Shown: one piece after another, positions 10,466-20,631 of the stretch
How positions within the stretch are numbered: the first letter of the stretch is position 1
Layout of the letters: every line of letters starts with the position of its first letter
Source of the DNA: Promethearchaeota archaeon
GTDB taxonomy: Archaea; Asgardarchaeota; Lokiarchaeia; Sigyniarchaeales; SOKP01
DNA: 64,000 nt
Direction of reading: 5' to 3'
NCBI GenBank assembly: GCA_048937405.1
Contig: JBHLNF010000001.1
Coordinates: 784,785-848,784 of the forward strand
The notes under the pieces: generated by a model
Told to the model about the DNA's origin: nothing
What the model saw: only the letters and a program-made list of their open reading frames with translations
Database searches by the model: none
Translations under genes and position numbers: made by a program

Positions 10466-11599
10466 TCACATATTATTTATTTCTGTTTCATATTTTAATA
10501 TTTCATCGTCAGTAATATCGCGATCAAATTTGATTTTCTTTTGAATTCCTAAGTAGGCGCAAGCTAATTTAGCAGCAGCAGCAACTTCTGCTTTTTTAAG
10601 TGTTATAGAATATTCATCCTGTTGAACAGGATCATCTTCATATGGATTTTCTTGATACTTTCTTTCATTAAATCTAACGGATCTTTCACTTTTCATTTTA
10701 TATAACAATGAAGACATTTTATTTGCTACTTTAAATGGTAATTGATTTTTAACTACCAATCGAATAATGTTATTGACATCAAAATAGTTTAAAGATTCAT
10801 ACTTAGCGCGAAGAAAGCTTTTAAGATTTTCCGAATTTTTTTCACATTCAATCTCAGTCCAATCATGAATAGCGAGTTTTCTTCGAAAAAATATTACTTC
10901 CCAGTCTATATTTAGTTCTTTCAATAACTCAAATAATAAATTATCATTCGGTTTTCTTGATTCTATAATTACGTAAAGTTGAAGTCCATAGTATTTGTGT
11001 TCTTGCTGAAGAAAAAAACCTCTTTGTTGCATAGAAGCAAGAATCAACACTTTTATGGAATATATATTTTCGGAAATATTTTTTTTTCCACAATTTAAAT
11101 ATATAACATTACCTTCTTCACTGATATATTCACAGTCTAAAAATCCTAATATGCTTTCCTTATTACTTTTGATAAAATCTAACAGTCCAGTAAGTGTTGG
11201 TTTAACATCATATTTAACTAAATCATTTTCACCAATTGTGACATAATCATTATAATTACTACCAACGGCTAATTTAATAGAATTTAATTTTAAATCTTTA
11301 TCAGCGCCAAAAACTTTCAGAAAAGCTTCATTAATAGGTAAGATTTCGTCTTCTAAAATTTTAACGTCGGCAATAGAGCTCTCATAAGGTTCTGGTTCAC
11401 TTAGTATCTTATTTAGCACAGGTGCTTCGGAGGCATCAACTTCAATTTCATATGATTTTGCCAGATCCTTTCGTATTATACAGAATGCTCTTTTCTTTTT
11501 ATTAAAAATAGAAATTGAAGAATTGTCGTCTATGACTGCTCTAAATTTTTCAATGAACTTACTTTCTGTTGTGTCTGAACCTACTCTTCTTCTTCGAAT
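10466..11599 (-). CDS. Hypothetical protein (~377 aa), probable non-canonical ATT start
   Basis: The frame stays open 60 codons upstream of the ORF-track GTG (11419) with protein-like sequence (IRRRRVGSDTTESKFIEKFRAVID...). The first start-like codon is ATT at 11599, 5 nt after an SD-like GGTTGAT. Confidence 0.7.
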   Translation of the reverse strand: MRRRRVGSDTTESKFIEKFRAVIDDNSSISIFNKKKRAFCIIRKDLAKSYEIEVDASEAPVLNKILSEPEPYESSIADVKILEDEILPINEAFLKVFGADKDLKLNSIKLAVGSNYNDYVTIGENDLVKYDVKPTLTGLLDFIKSNKESILGFLDCEYISEEGNVIYLNCGKKNISENIYSIKVLILASMQQRGFFLQQEHKYYGLQLYVIIESRKPNDNLLFELLKELNIDWEVIFFRRKLAIHDWTEIECEKNSENLKSFLRAKYESLNYFDVNNIIRLVVKNQLPFKVANKMSSLLYKMKSERSVRFNERKYQENPYEDDPVQQDEYSITLKKAEVAAAAKLACAYLGIQKKIKFDRDITDDEILKYETEINNM

Positions 11600-11793
11600 T
11601 TTTTATCAACCAATTATTATTTAAAATAACTTCTTTCAGTTAATTAATGTATAAAATTATTATTTTATATTCTTAACTAAAAAATATTATAAGAATTTTC
11701 TTTTTAGAATTAAAAATATAATAGCCAAAATGATAACTGATTTTTAAAAATGAATTGATAAATTAAAGTTTATTAATAAAACCATTTAAATTT

Positions 11794-11973
11794 TTATTCT
11801 AATTCTCCTTCTAATAAGAAATGTTCTCCCTTCTTTACATATGTGACTGAAGAACCGAAATTATTACGAACGGTATATTTATCTCCTTGGATATCTAATA
11901 ATTCGATAGAATAAGATAACCTTCGTTGAGTTATGATTTCTTCAATAATTTCCTTCTCTTCTTGCGGATCCAT
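11794..11973 (-). CDS. Small hypothetical protein (59 aa)
   Basis: Not in the ORF track. ATG to TAA: MDPQEEKEIIEEIITQRRLSYSIELLDIQGDKYTVRNNFGSSVTYVKKGEHFLLEGELE. Coding-like composition in an otherwise AT-rich gap. Confidence 0.75.
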   Translation of the reverse strand: MDPQEEKEIIEEIITQRRLSYSIELLDIQGDKYTVRNNFGSSVTYVKKGEHFLLEGELE

Positions 11974-12344
11974 GTTATTAAGTCATATATCAATACAAAA
12001 AAATTTTTTTATTTTATGAATCGATTTTACGAATTTTACAAATCTTTACTATCAAGAATTATTAGAAATTTAATATTTTAATTTATGGTTTGATATCATA
12101 TAAAAAGTAGTTAGATTCTCCCATATTATTTATAATCGAGGAGAAATAAATACGATATAAGATTAGCACTTAATAACATAGTTTTTAACTATAATAATCT
12201 TATTAAAAATTCGAGTTTTTTTTATTAAACAATATGTATTTTTATATAAACATGTGTTTAATTAAAATAATCAAAAAAAAACGTATGTTTTTTCTAAAAA
12301 TTTTTTTTTTCTAAATAGTTCAATCTTTTACCTCTCGAAATATA

Positions 12345-13595
12345 ATGGTTAAACAAAAGTTAAATATTGGATTTTTCACTTCAATGTATTCACAGGTGAA
12401 TGGTACTGCGATTGCCTGTAGAAACCTTGCTGAAGCAATTGCTAAATATACAGATCACGACATTCATGTTTATGCTCCGGGGATTTATAAACCTAAAAAC
12501 ATTCCCAAGAATCTACACCTCCATAACTTTTTTGGGGCCAAAATATCACCTAAAACTGGAGTAGTATTAAGTCTACCGATACACAAATACTTTTTTTGTA
12601 ATCATGATTATTTAGATATTGCCCATATACACACGCATGCTAGTTTTGGATCTATGGCGATCAATTGGGCTAAATATTTAGGTATTCCGATGACAGGAAC
12701 ACATAATTCTCCAATGTCTTTTTATACCTCACAATACATACCTGTATTTGGCAAATTATTGGCAAGAATGGATTGGGTTTGGCGCTATGAAAGACATGTC
12801 TTAGATAAGTATGATCTTGTTTCTGTACCAACCAAATCAAAAAAAGAACTACTTAGAGATCAAAGGTTTAAGGAGCCAATTGTATGTTTAACTAATGGAA
12901 TTTCAGATTTGTATTTTTCAGATGTGAAAGAAAACGGGATAAGAGATAAATATAATTTAGATGATAAAAAGATTCTTCTATATGCCTCTAGGTTATCACC
13001 AGAAAAACATCAATTAAATATCATTAAAACTTTCAAAAAAATTCATAAAGAAGTACCTGATTCACATTTAGTATTAGTTGGTAGTGATGGCCCATCGACA
13101 TCTTCTGTCTTAAAATTAATCAAAAAGAAGAATTATAAGGATAGTGTATCTTATTTGGGCCGAGTTCCATTTAACGACCTATTAAAATTATATAATATTG
13201 CAGATTTAGCTTGTCTTTGGTCTTGGATTGAAGCAGAGGGATTAGTTTTAATTGAAGCAATGGCACAAGGAACACCTTGTATAGGAGCAAACGCAGTTGG
13301 AATTTCTAATGTAATTAAACATGGCAAAACAGGATATCTAGCAGATAATCTTGATGAATTCAAAAAAAAAGTTGTTGAATTATTTAAAGATGATGATTTA
13401 CGGGCACAAATGGGAATAAATTCAAAAATGGTTGCTCAAAATTATAGAATTAGCACAGTTGCTAAGACCTGGATAAAATTATATAAATTTATTATAAATG
13501 AACTTTATCCATTGAGATACTATAAAAAGGAAAGAAAGGAAAGAGTCGAATTAGTTAAAGAATTTATACATAAATTACCAATTGTAAGTTTTTAA
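12345..13595 (+). CDS. Glycosyltransferase family 4 (GT-B)
   Basis: QVNG, HIHT, RLSPEK, GSDGP, EAEGLVLIEAMAQGTP. Confidence 0.92.
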   Translation: MVKQKLNIGFFTSMYSQVNGTAIACRNLAEAIAKYTDHDIHVYAPGIYKPKNIPKNLHLHNFFGAKISPKTGVVLSLPIHKYFFCNHDYLDIAHIHTHASFGSMAINWAKYLGIPMTGTHNSPMSFYTSQYIPVFGKLLARMDWVWRYERHVLDKYDLVSVPTKSKKELLRDQRFKEPIVCLTNGISDLYFSDVKENGIRDKYNLDDKKILLYASRLSPEKHQLNIIKTFKKIHKEVPDSHLVLVGSDGPSTSSVLKLIKKKNYKDSVSYLGRVPFNDLLKLYNIADLACLWSWIEAEGLVLIEAMAQGTPCIGANAVGISNVIKHGKTGYLADNLDEFKKKVVELFKDDDLRAQMGINSKMVAQNYRISTVAKTWIKLYKFIINELYPLRYYKKERKERVELVKEFIHKLPIVSF

Positions 13596-13612
13596 TTATT
13601 TTCTTTTAACAT

Positions 13613-14368
13613 TTAAAAATTGTATTCTTCTCTTTTTTTGTTCAATATATTCATGCATTTTTCACATAATTCTTTTTCTTTTCTATCGATTTCATCAATA
13701 TCAGTAGAAAATTTCATAACGCAAGATGGATTATTACAATGATTAGGACCTAAAATTAAATGACCAATTTCATGAATTATTTCTTTAATAATTCTTTCTT
13801 CGAGAAGAACACGATTTTCTAATCTATTATAAAATTGTTCTTTTAATTTTAATGATGATACTATACAACAACGATGTTTTAAATTAGCCTCTCCAAATAA
13901 GAATAAAATATTATCATTATTACTTGAAAATATGGGGAGATCAGTAATAGCAAGTATCATCCCCAGATTTTCTTCCCTCTTTTTCTCTATTAATATTTGG
14001 TAGAATTTATTGGTTGGATGTAATTCAACTTTATTTGAAGATTTTTTCATTTCTCTAAATTCTTTTTTTACACCCTTATAGAATAGTTTAATACTAAAAT
14101 TAAATACTCCTAAATTTCTAATATCAAAAAAAAAGGAATCAAATATATTGTTTAGATTAATTGATAACCTTTTAAACAAGGATACATCAAAATTTCCAAA
14201 AAACATAATTCCTAAATGACAGGGTAGAATTAGTTTATTAAAGGGCTCATCTACTAACTCAAATTCTATAGAGTAAGAAATTCCCCTCCGAGTTAACAAT
14301 TTTTTAAATTTTTTTAAATGTTTTCTTATTTTTTTTGAATATTTTTGGAGTTTTGGCATTGCTAACAT
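13613..14368 (-). CDS. Archaemetzincin-family Zn metalloprotease
   Basis: KEIIHEIGHLILGPNHCNNPSCVMKFS...LCEKC. Confidence 0.88.
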   Translation of the reverse strand: MLAMPKLQKYSKKIRKHLKKFKKLLTRRGISYSIEFELVDEPFNKLILPCHLGIMFFGNFDVSLFKRLSINLNNIFDSFFFDIRNLGVFNFSIKLFYKGVKKEFREMKKSSNKVELHPTNKFYQILIEKKREENLGMILAITDLPIFSSNNDNILFLFGEANLKHRCCIVSSLKLKEQFYNRLENRVLLEERIIKEIIHEIGHLILGPNHCNNPSCVMKFSTDIDEIDRKEKELCEKCMNILNKKREEYNF

Positions 14369-14509
14369 ATTTAAAGTTACTGTAAATAATAAGTTTCTTT
14401 CTAGAAATCTAATAATATACCATAGAATTTTGTTTTTAATAGGTATTTAAGTTAGTAATAATATTATAATCTAAAAATCAACATTTTAATTATATAACTA
14501 CTCTTTATT

Positions 14510-15484
14510 ATGTCTGAAAGTTCAGAAGTAAAAGAAATTGTGAAAAAAGATTTTATCCCTCATTTTTTTCCAACTTATAGAATAAAAAGAAAATTATACC
14601 CATTACCTATAATCCTCGTGGTTCTAATTGCAGGAATTTTAGCATATTTAAGTTATGTTATAGCTGGATATCAATATGATGGGGGTTATTTTCCAGAGAG
14701 TGAGATGGGTGTTTTGGGGGGACTTTTAAATGGGTTAATCTATACAGCATTAGCAGTAATTTCTGCATTTATTATAATTTTTATAATTAAAAAAAGAGGC
14801 ATAGATGTTTTAAAATATATTTTTGGATTTAGTTTTGGCTTAATAGGATTTTTTCAAACATATTTTTTTGGATATATAATACTTTTTTTGTTATTTTCAA
14901 ATTTACCAATTTTATTTGAAGTTTCCCATGCCGAATTGATTTTTCTTTCAGCAGTTTTTACAATCCTTATGATATACCAATATTTTACTTCAAAATCAAT
15001 AAAAACAAAAAATTTTGTTGTATTATATATAGGATTATTAATTGGAGCAACAATGGGTATTATAATGCCCCTTTGGACAACTTTAGCCATATTAATCGGA
15101 ATTTCTTGTTGGGATCTTTTTGCTGTTTTATATAAACATGGACCAATAAAACAATTAATAGATATTGCATCAACTCCAGAAGATGAGGATATAATATCTA
15201 AGGAAGAATTGAATCATAAAATTAAAAGTGGAGAATATGAGTACGACACATCCAAATTAGAAATTGGGATAGGAGATTTAGCATTTTACAGTATGTTAAC
15301 CTCAAGTGCCCTTGTTCAAACAAATAATATACTCGTTATGATTTTAACTTCTGTCGCTATTATTATAGGAACTGGTATAACAATTTCTGGATTAAAAAGA
15401 AATAAATTATTACCTGGATTACCTATATCTATTTTTCTAGGGATTGGCATAATGTTATTCTCATGGTATCTTTTCACAATCTAA
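14510..15484 (+). CDS. Presenilin-family intramembrane aspartyl protease (GxGD)
   Basis: About 9 TM segments; ISCWDLFAVL..GPIKQL, IGIGDLAFYSML, LPGLPISI. Confidence 0.93.
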   Translation: MSESSEVKEIVKKDFIPHFFPTYRIKRKLYPLPIILVVLIAGILAYLSYVIAGYQYDGGYFPESEMGVLGGLLNGLIYTALAVISAFIIIFIIKKRGIDVLKYIFGFSFGLIGFFQTYFFGYIILFLLFSNLPILFEVSHAELIFLSAVFTILMIYQYFTSKSIKTKNFVVLYIGLLIGATMGIIMPLWTTLAILIGISCWDLFAVLYKHGPIKQLIDIASTPEDEDIISKEELNHKIKSGEYEYDTSKLEIGIGDLAFYSMLTSSALVQTNNILVMILTSVAIIIGTGITISGLKRNKLLPGLPISIFLGIGIMLFSWYLFTI

Positions 15485-15612
15485 GATCTAAAAAAGTATA
15501 TCATAAATAGAATAAATAAAAATATTATTTTTAAAAAGGAATTTTATCAACAACTTTTATTATCCTTTTAAATTATTTTATTTATAAAAAAAATAATAGT
15601 AAGGATGTTCTA

Positions 15613-16797
15613 ATGATAGATATTAATGATTTTAAAGAATTTTCAGTTATAGGAGCGGGTACAATGGGTCGTGAGATTGCGCAAGTAGCAATCATGTCGG
15701 ATCAATTTGAAAAAGTAAATTTATGGTCAAGAACTCAAAAAACTTTAGATATTGCGGACAAATTTATTGAGAATGGCATTAAAAAATTAGAAGCTAAAGA
15801 ATTATTAGGAGGAAAATCTGCTAAAAGTATTTTGGATAAATTAGTAATAGAAAAAGATTTTGAAAAAGCTTCTAAAGCCGATTTTATAGTTGAATCCATA
15901 CCAGAATTTATGGATCTCAAACAATCAACTTTTGAAAAATTAGGAAATTTAGCTCCGGAATATACGATACTAGCCACAAATACATCTACGATGAGTATCA
16001 CAGAAATTGCCTCTAGTTCGGGTAGACCCGATAAAGTAGTTGGAATGCATTTTTTCACCCCTATACCTGTACTTGAATTGATTGAACTTATTAGAGGTGA
16101 AAAAACTTCAGATGAAACTTTTGAAATTAGTGCTGCTATTGGTGAATCACTTCCTTACATTGGAGGAAAAAAGTTTGTCGCCCGAATTGAAAAAGAAAGT
16201 CCAGGATTTATTGTTAATAGATTAACAATTGCAAGTGGAGCATATATAGATTGGTTAACTGATGTTGCTATGGAAAAAGGGATTCCATGGAAGGATCTTA
16301 ATGAAGATCTTGGTGTTCCAAATCAAATGGGAGGTCTTGCTAAAAGAGATTATTTAGGTTTAGATGTAATTCGCAATGCGGCAAAATATTTCGAGGAAAT
16401 TGTTTCTTCAGACTTTGCTACCGGAAAAGCTTTAGCCAAATTAATTAATGAAGGGAATATAGGAAGGAAAACAGGAAAAGGTTTTCTTGAATGGACTGAA
16501 GATGGAAGACCTATAACTGATGGAGCAAAAAAGGCGAATATAGGAAATATGGAGTGTTTCATGGCGCTACAAATGAATGAAGGTTGCAGGCTCTTAGAAG
16601 AAGGAATTGTTTCGAGTTATAAGACAATCGATAAAACAATGATTGCTGGAATGCGTTCACGTGGTCCATTCGAAGTAGGAATGAATAAATATAAAGAATG
16701 GTGCAAATTATTAGACGATTTTGCGGATAAATCAGGAAAAAACTATTTTCGTCCATCGAAATTAATGCGATCAGGAGATTTTCTGAAATATAAGTAA
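15613..16797 (+). CDS. 3-hydroxyacyl-CoA dehydrogenase
   Basis: GAGTMG, ESIPE, ATNTS, GMHFF, PGFIVNR, GRKTGKGF; duplicated C-terminal domain. Confidence 0.93.
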   Translation: MIDINDFKEFSVIGAGTMGREIAQVAIMSDQFEKVNLWSRTQKTLDIADKFIENGIKKLEAKELLGGKSAKSILDKLVIEKDFEKASKADFIVESIPEFMDLKQSTFEKLGNLAPEYTILATNTSTMSITEIASSSGRPDKVVGMHFFTPIPVLELIELIRGEKTSDETFEISAAIGESLPYIGGKKFVARIEKESPGFIVNRLTIASGAYIDWLTDVAMEKGIPWKDLNEDLGVPNQMGGLAKRDYLGLDVIRNAAKYFEEIVSSDFATGKALAKLINEGNIGRKTGKGFLEWTEDGRPITDGAKKANIGNMECFMALQMNEGCRLLEEGIVSSYKTIDKTMIAGMRSRGPFEVGMNKYKEWCKLLDDFADKSGKNYFRPSKLMRSGDFLKYK

Positions 16798-16854
16798 TAG
16801 TTCAATGGATAACTAATATTTAAATAAAAAATCTACATTTTTTTAGCAACCAAT

Positions 16855-17127
16855 ATGTCTGAAAAAAGAGATGCCCCCAGAACAGGAATAGAAAAAATAA
16901 TTGCGTATTTTAATGAAATTCTTGAAATAAATCATCCCATCGCCATTGCTAAGATTGTGGAAGACACAGGTTTATCTTGGAGTTTCATTAAGAAATCATT
17001 AACTAAAATTAAAGAGGAATTTGATGGATTTCATTTTGAAAAATCAGGAAATACATGGATCATTTGGAAAGATCGAGATCATCTAATAAAAAAACTTGAT
17101 CAAACATGTTCTCGTTTTTTAGATTAA
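16855..17127 (+). CDS. Small winged-helix/HTH-like protein
   Basis: IAIAKIVEDTGLSWSFIKKSL followed by a beta-hairpin (FEKSGNTWIIW). Confidence 0.65.
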   Translation: MSEKRDAPRTGIEKIIAYFNEILEINHPIAIAKIVEDTGLSWSFIKKSLTKIKEEFDGFHFEKSGNTWIIWKDRDHLIKKLDQTCSRFLD

Positions 17128-17382
17128 TCTAGAAAGTTTTTTCGTTCTCTAATTTTAAAAAATCATCATAATTAGAACTCAAATTAGAAACAATTTTTAT
17201 TAAAATTTTTCATTTCTTTTAATTATGAATATTATTTGTTGAGAAAGTTTAGCTATTATGAGCTTTATTAACTTGAAAAACCTTGACTTTTTTTTATATC
17301 AATTAATTAAAGTCTATTAAAAAGAAAATTTAACATTTAATACTCGATAAAAAACCTTTTTATTAGTGTTGGATTTTACTTA

Positions 17383-17398
17383 GTGTGAAATTTCACAC
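17383..17398. promoter_or_regulatory. Perfect 16-bp palindrome, putative operator
   Basis: GTGTGAAATTTCACAC, ~20 nt downstream of a TATA-like TTTTTATTA and 31 nt upstream of the FrhB-like ATG. Confidence 0.55.
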
Positions 17399-17429
17399 AA
17401 ATAAAAATTAACGAACATGGTTAAATTAA

Positions 17430-18374
17430 ATGAAAATTGAAAAATCAAGCCAAGATCTAGAAAATGAAGTGATCTATTCTGGGCTATGCATCCATTGTGG
17501 AAATTGTAATGCGTTTTGTCCACATATGGATTTTAACAAAGAAACTGGAGAAGCATATGTCGTAGATGAGTGTGCTGAAACTGTAGGACTCTGTTATAAT
17601 AGTTGTCCACGAAGTTTTCTCCCTATATCAGAAATGGAGCAAAAAATGTTTGGAAAAACTCGTATTGATCTAGGTGTTGGAGTATATAATGATATAATTC
17701 AGGTAAAATCAAAAAATAAGGATGAGATTTTGTATAATCTTGTTGTTGCTGCTTTCGATACGGGAATTGTGAAGCATATGGTTTTAAGTGAACCACAAAG
17801 TAAAAAACCACCAGTAGCATTTCCTGTCGTTGTAGATAATGCTAAAAATGCTAAAAAATTCATTCCAAAAACGACAATGGATAATGCTGGACCATTAATA
17901 ACTGGAATTGGTCAAGCATATAGGGACTATAAACGAGATATTGGAATAATTGCTAACCCATGTCATTTACAAGGGCTTGCTAAAATTTTGGTTTCTGACT
18001 TTAATACTGGAGCTGAACGCACTTCGTTAAAAATAGCATACGCTTGTTCCTCTGGTGGTATGACTGGATGTAAATATTGTACGGATTTTTCAGGAGAATT
18101 TTCAGATATTTCTTACTCCCCATGGGGAGCACCAAAGGGTTCTGGAGAGGCATTCTTAATTATTAGAACTGATATTGGCCAAAAACTTGTAGACGCTGCT
18201 GTAAAAAGTAAATTGATCGAAATTACAGATCCAAATCCAGATTTGTCAGAGATGAAGAAGTTTTTAAATAAAAAACGCAAGAAAAACTTTATAAACCTTC
18301 TGGGTAAAGATTTAATAAAAGCTAAGTATTTAAATCTTAATGTCGACGAGTTAAAAGACATTCTTGAAGAATAA
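17430..18374 (+). CDS. Coenzyme F420 hydrogenase/dehydrogenase beta-subunit (FrhB/FdhB) family protein with N-terminal ferredoxin motif
   Basis: LCIHCGNCNAFCP, CYNSCPR, NPCH, GCKYCTDFSGEFSDIS, IIRTDIG. Confidence 0.88.
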   Translation: MKIEKSSQDLENEVIYSGLCIHCGNCNAFCPHMDFNKETGEAYVVDECAETVGLCYNSCPRSFLPISEMEQKMFGKTRIDLGVGVYNDIIQVKSKNKDEILYNLVVAAFDTGIVKHMVLSEPQSKKPPVAFPVVVDNAKNAKKFIPKTTMDNAGPLITGIGQAYRDYKRDIGIIANPCHLQGLAKILVSDFNTGAERTSLKIAYACSSGGMTGCKYCTDFSGEFSDISYSPWGAPKGSGEAFLIIRTDIGQKLVDAAVKSKLIEITDPNPDLSEMKKFLNKKRKKNFINLLGKDLIKAKYLNLNVDELKDILEE

Positions 18375-18407
18375 TATAAACTAGATTTCTCTAATTTTTA
18401 TTATTTT

Positions 18408-18947
18408 TTATTTATTTTTAGGTAGTACTTGTCTCTCCATTATTTTACGTGTTAATGTCTCAAAAATCATATTATTATTTTCACCACTTTTAGAGGATGT
18501 CTCAAAAAAGTAATCCAAATGATATTTATTTTTAAATTCCTCACCATCTTTATATTTTACACTCCTCCTGATGTCAGCTAAATCAAGTTTTTCTCCAACT
18601 AAGATGAATACAGGATTATCCGCATTATCATTAACAATTTTAAACCATTCATCTAAACTATCAAAACTAGTTTGTCGTGTGATGTCATAGCAGAGTAAAC
18701 AACCTGTAGCACCTCGAGAATAATTTGGTAAAAATATTCTAAATCTCCTCTCCCCTGCAAAATCCCATATCTGGAGATTTACTTCAGTATCATTATCAAT
18801 TTGTATACTTTTTACGGCAAGGTCAGTTCCTATTGTAATTTTTTGTGGTATAAATTGTCCTGTCGTAAGTCTCTGTACCATTGTACTCTTTCCTACGCCT
18901 CCATCTCCAATGATAACGACTTTGAAGAGCATTTTTCGCTGAGCCAT
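18408..18947 (-). CDS. Rab-like small GTPase
   Basis: FKVVIIGDGGVGKS, TIG, LQIWDFAGE, YDIT, ETSSK; no C-terminal prenylation Cys. Confidence 0.93.
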   Translation of the reverse strand: MAQRKMLFKVVIIGDGGVGKSTMVQRLTTGQFIPQKITIGTDLAVKSIQIDNDTEVNLQIWDFAGERRFRIFLPNYSRGATGCLLCYDITRQTSFDSLDEWFKIVNDNADNPVFILVGEKLDLADIRRSVKYKDGEEFKNKYHLDYFFETSSKSGENNNMIFETLTRKIMERQVLPKNK

Positions 18948-19030
18948 GATACAGAACCTAATTCTTTTGAGGATACTAATTATAATAAAATAAGTTATGA
19001 TTTTAATAAATTTTTATTATAATAATTCAT

Positions 19031-19601
19031 GAAAACCCCTCCCTAAAGGGAGGGGATGAATTGAGGATGAGAAGAAAACCATCAAACTATTAAACCCTCC
19101 TCTTTTTAAACTATTGTTTCCCCTATTATATTCAAATAAAATTGATTTAAAAGAAAAAAGAAACAGGTGAGAAGAAAAATAAAAAAAATAAATAAAATTC
19201 TCAACCATTCGGTTCATAACACAGGTTATATATCAAGATTTGTCGAATTCTTAACCTATAAAGTAGAAAAAATAGGTAAAAGAGTAATAAGAATTGATGA
19301 GTCCAAGAACACAAAAACCTGTTGTAAAGGTAGAAGGTTGAAAAAAAGGTTACTCTTCGAAAGAAGAATTTCATGCGACTGAGGAACTGATGTTGACCGA
19401 ATTCTCAACTTAGTCATCAATATCATGACTTGATTTTTAATGATTAAGCAAGAATATGAGTTCTTATCGCATAAACCCTCTGTGGACGAGAAATAATTCC
19501 TGACACGATGGAATGGTTTTCTACGACACACAGACCAACCCATACTAGTAGCGGTTGCGTACTCATAGGAAGCCACATCCTTTAGGCTGTGCGTAGTTCA
19601 C
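19031..19601 (+). mobile_element. Degenerate non-autonomous IS200/IS605-family element (tnpB remnant)
   Basis: Left-end hairpin CCCCTCCCT-AA-AGGGAGGGG (19036-19055); right end GAAGCCACATCCTTTAGGCTGTGCGTAGTTCAC (19569-19601); internal TnpB C-terminal fragment. Confidence 0.82.
19167..19530 (+). pseudogene. tnpB: tnpB pseudogene fragment (RuvC-III/zinc-ribbon region)
   Basis: SRFVEFLTYKVEKIGKRVIRIDESKNTKTCC...ISCD*GTDVDRILNLVINI matches a decayed TnpB 'TSxxCxxC...CG...DRDxNAAxNI' region, with in-frame stops. Confidence 0.8.
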
Positions 19602-20473
19602 TCAGTATTTAATTGTTTTTTAATTTTATTATTCAATGATTTTAGATTTTCAATTAATTTTATTTGAGTATTTCTAGGTAAAGCTTCCATAATTTTATCT
19701 AATTTTTCTCTACTGAAATTATTTATTATCATATAATTTAAAGTAAGAAGAATTATCGTTATTGCCGGAGGAATAACGAGAATCACATAGAAAAAATATG
19801 AAATACTTATTGATTGAGACCCTGGAAGGTAGAACTGTATTCCAAAATTAGGATAATTATTTACAAACAAGTTTGTTATTAGAGCTATTATGTTTAAAAT
19901 TAGAAAAACCAAGAAAGCTACAAGGGAAATCACCTTAAAATTTTTTAGTTTTAAAACTGAAATGATATTACTATAGTCTTCAGAAATCTGAGGTGTAATT
20001 TTATCCTCAATCATGGTTGGTATGATTTCTATCTTCGTATATTTCCATAAATCAATAAAGATCCAAAAAAAACTAAATGTATAAAAAAAAGTAAGGAAAC
20101 CAAGAAAATATAAGATATAATCATCAACAATGAGTGGATTGTATAATGATTCAGCACCTATCCAAAAAATTAAAATCATCTGAAATAATGAACAAAAGAA
20201 TAACCGGTTTGCATTTTTTCCTTCTATACCCAAAGGATTATAAATAATAGGATTACTTTCAAATATAGTTCTCTGTTTATTTGTATTAAGAATCCGAAAA
20301 AAAAATGAGAAGGTTGCTGTTACTAAAGGAAATAACAAGAACAATATGTTCTCCCATGAATGAGTAATTATCAATAGAAAAAAAAATGTGAATAAAACCA
20401 AATCTCTCAAAAGATTTTCGGAGATTAAGTCTTTTAACGATAAATATTGATTCTTATTATTTTCTTCTTTCAT
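19598..20473 (-). CDS. Hypothetical membrane protein (~6 TM)
   Basis: Multiple hydrophobic segments; no family recognised. Confidence 0.8.
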   Translation of the reverse strand: MKEENNKNQYLSLKDLISENLLRDLVLFTFFFLLIITHSWENILFLLFPLVTATFSFFFRILNTNKQRTIFESNPIIYNPLGIEGKNANRLFFCSLFQMILIFWIGAESLYNPLIVDDYILYFLGFLTFFYTFSFFWIFIDLWKYTKIEIIPTMIEDKITPQISEDYSNIISVLKLKNFKVISLVAFLVFLILNIIALITNLFVNNYPNFGIQFYLPGSQSISISYFFYVILVIPPAITIILLTLNYMIINNFSREKLDKIMEALPRNTQIKLIENLKSLNNKIKKQLNTE

Positions 20474-20631
20474 TTTTTTATTAAAAATACTTAATAATAA
20501 TTTTTTAAAATTTTAGTCTAGAATATCAATACTAAGAATGTAAACTTTTTGTTCTTATCTTATAGCCAAAAAATTTTAATTAAGCATACGATTTTATCTC
20601 ACTATATAACTCAAACACTTTAATATAGTAA

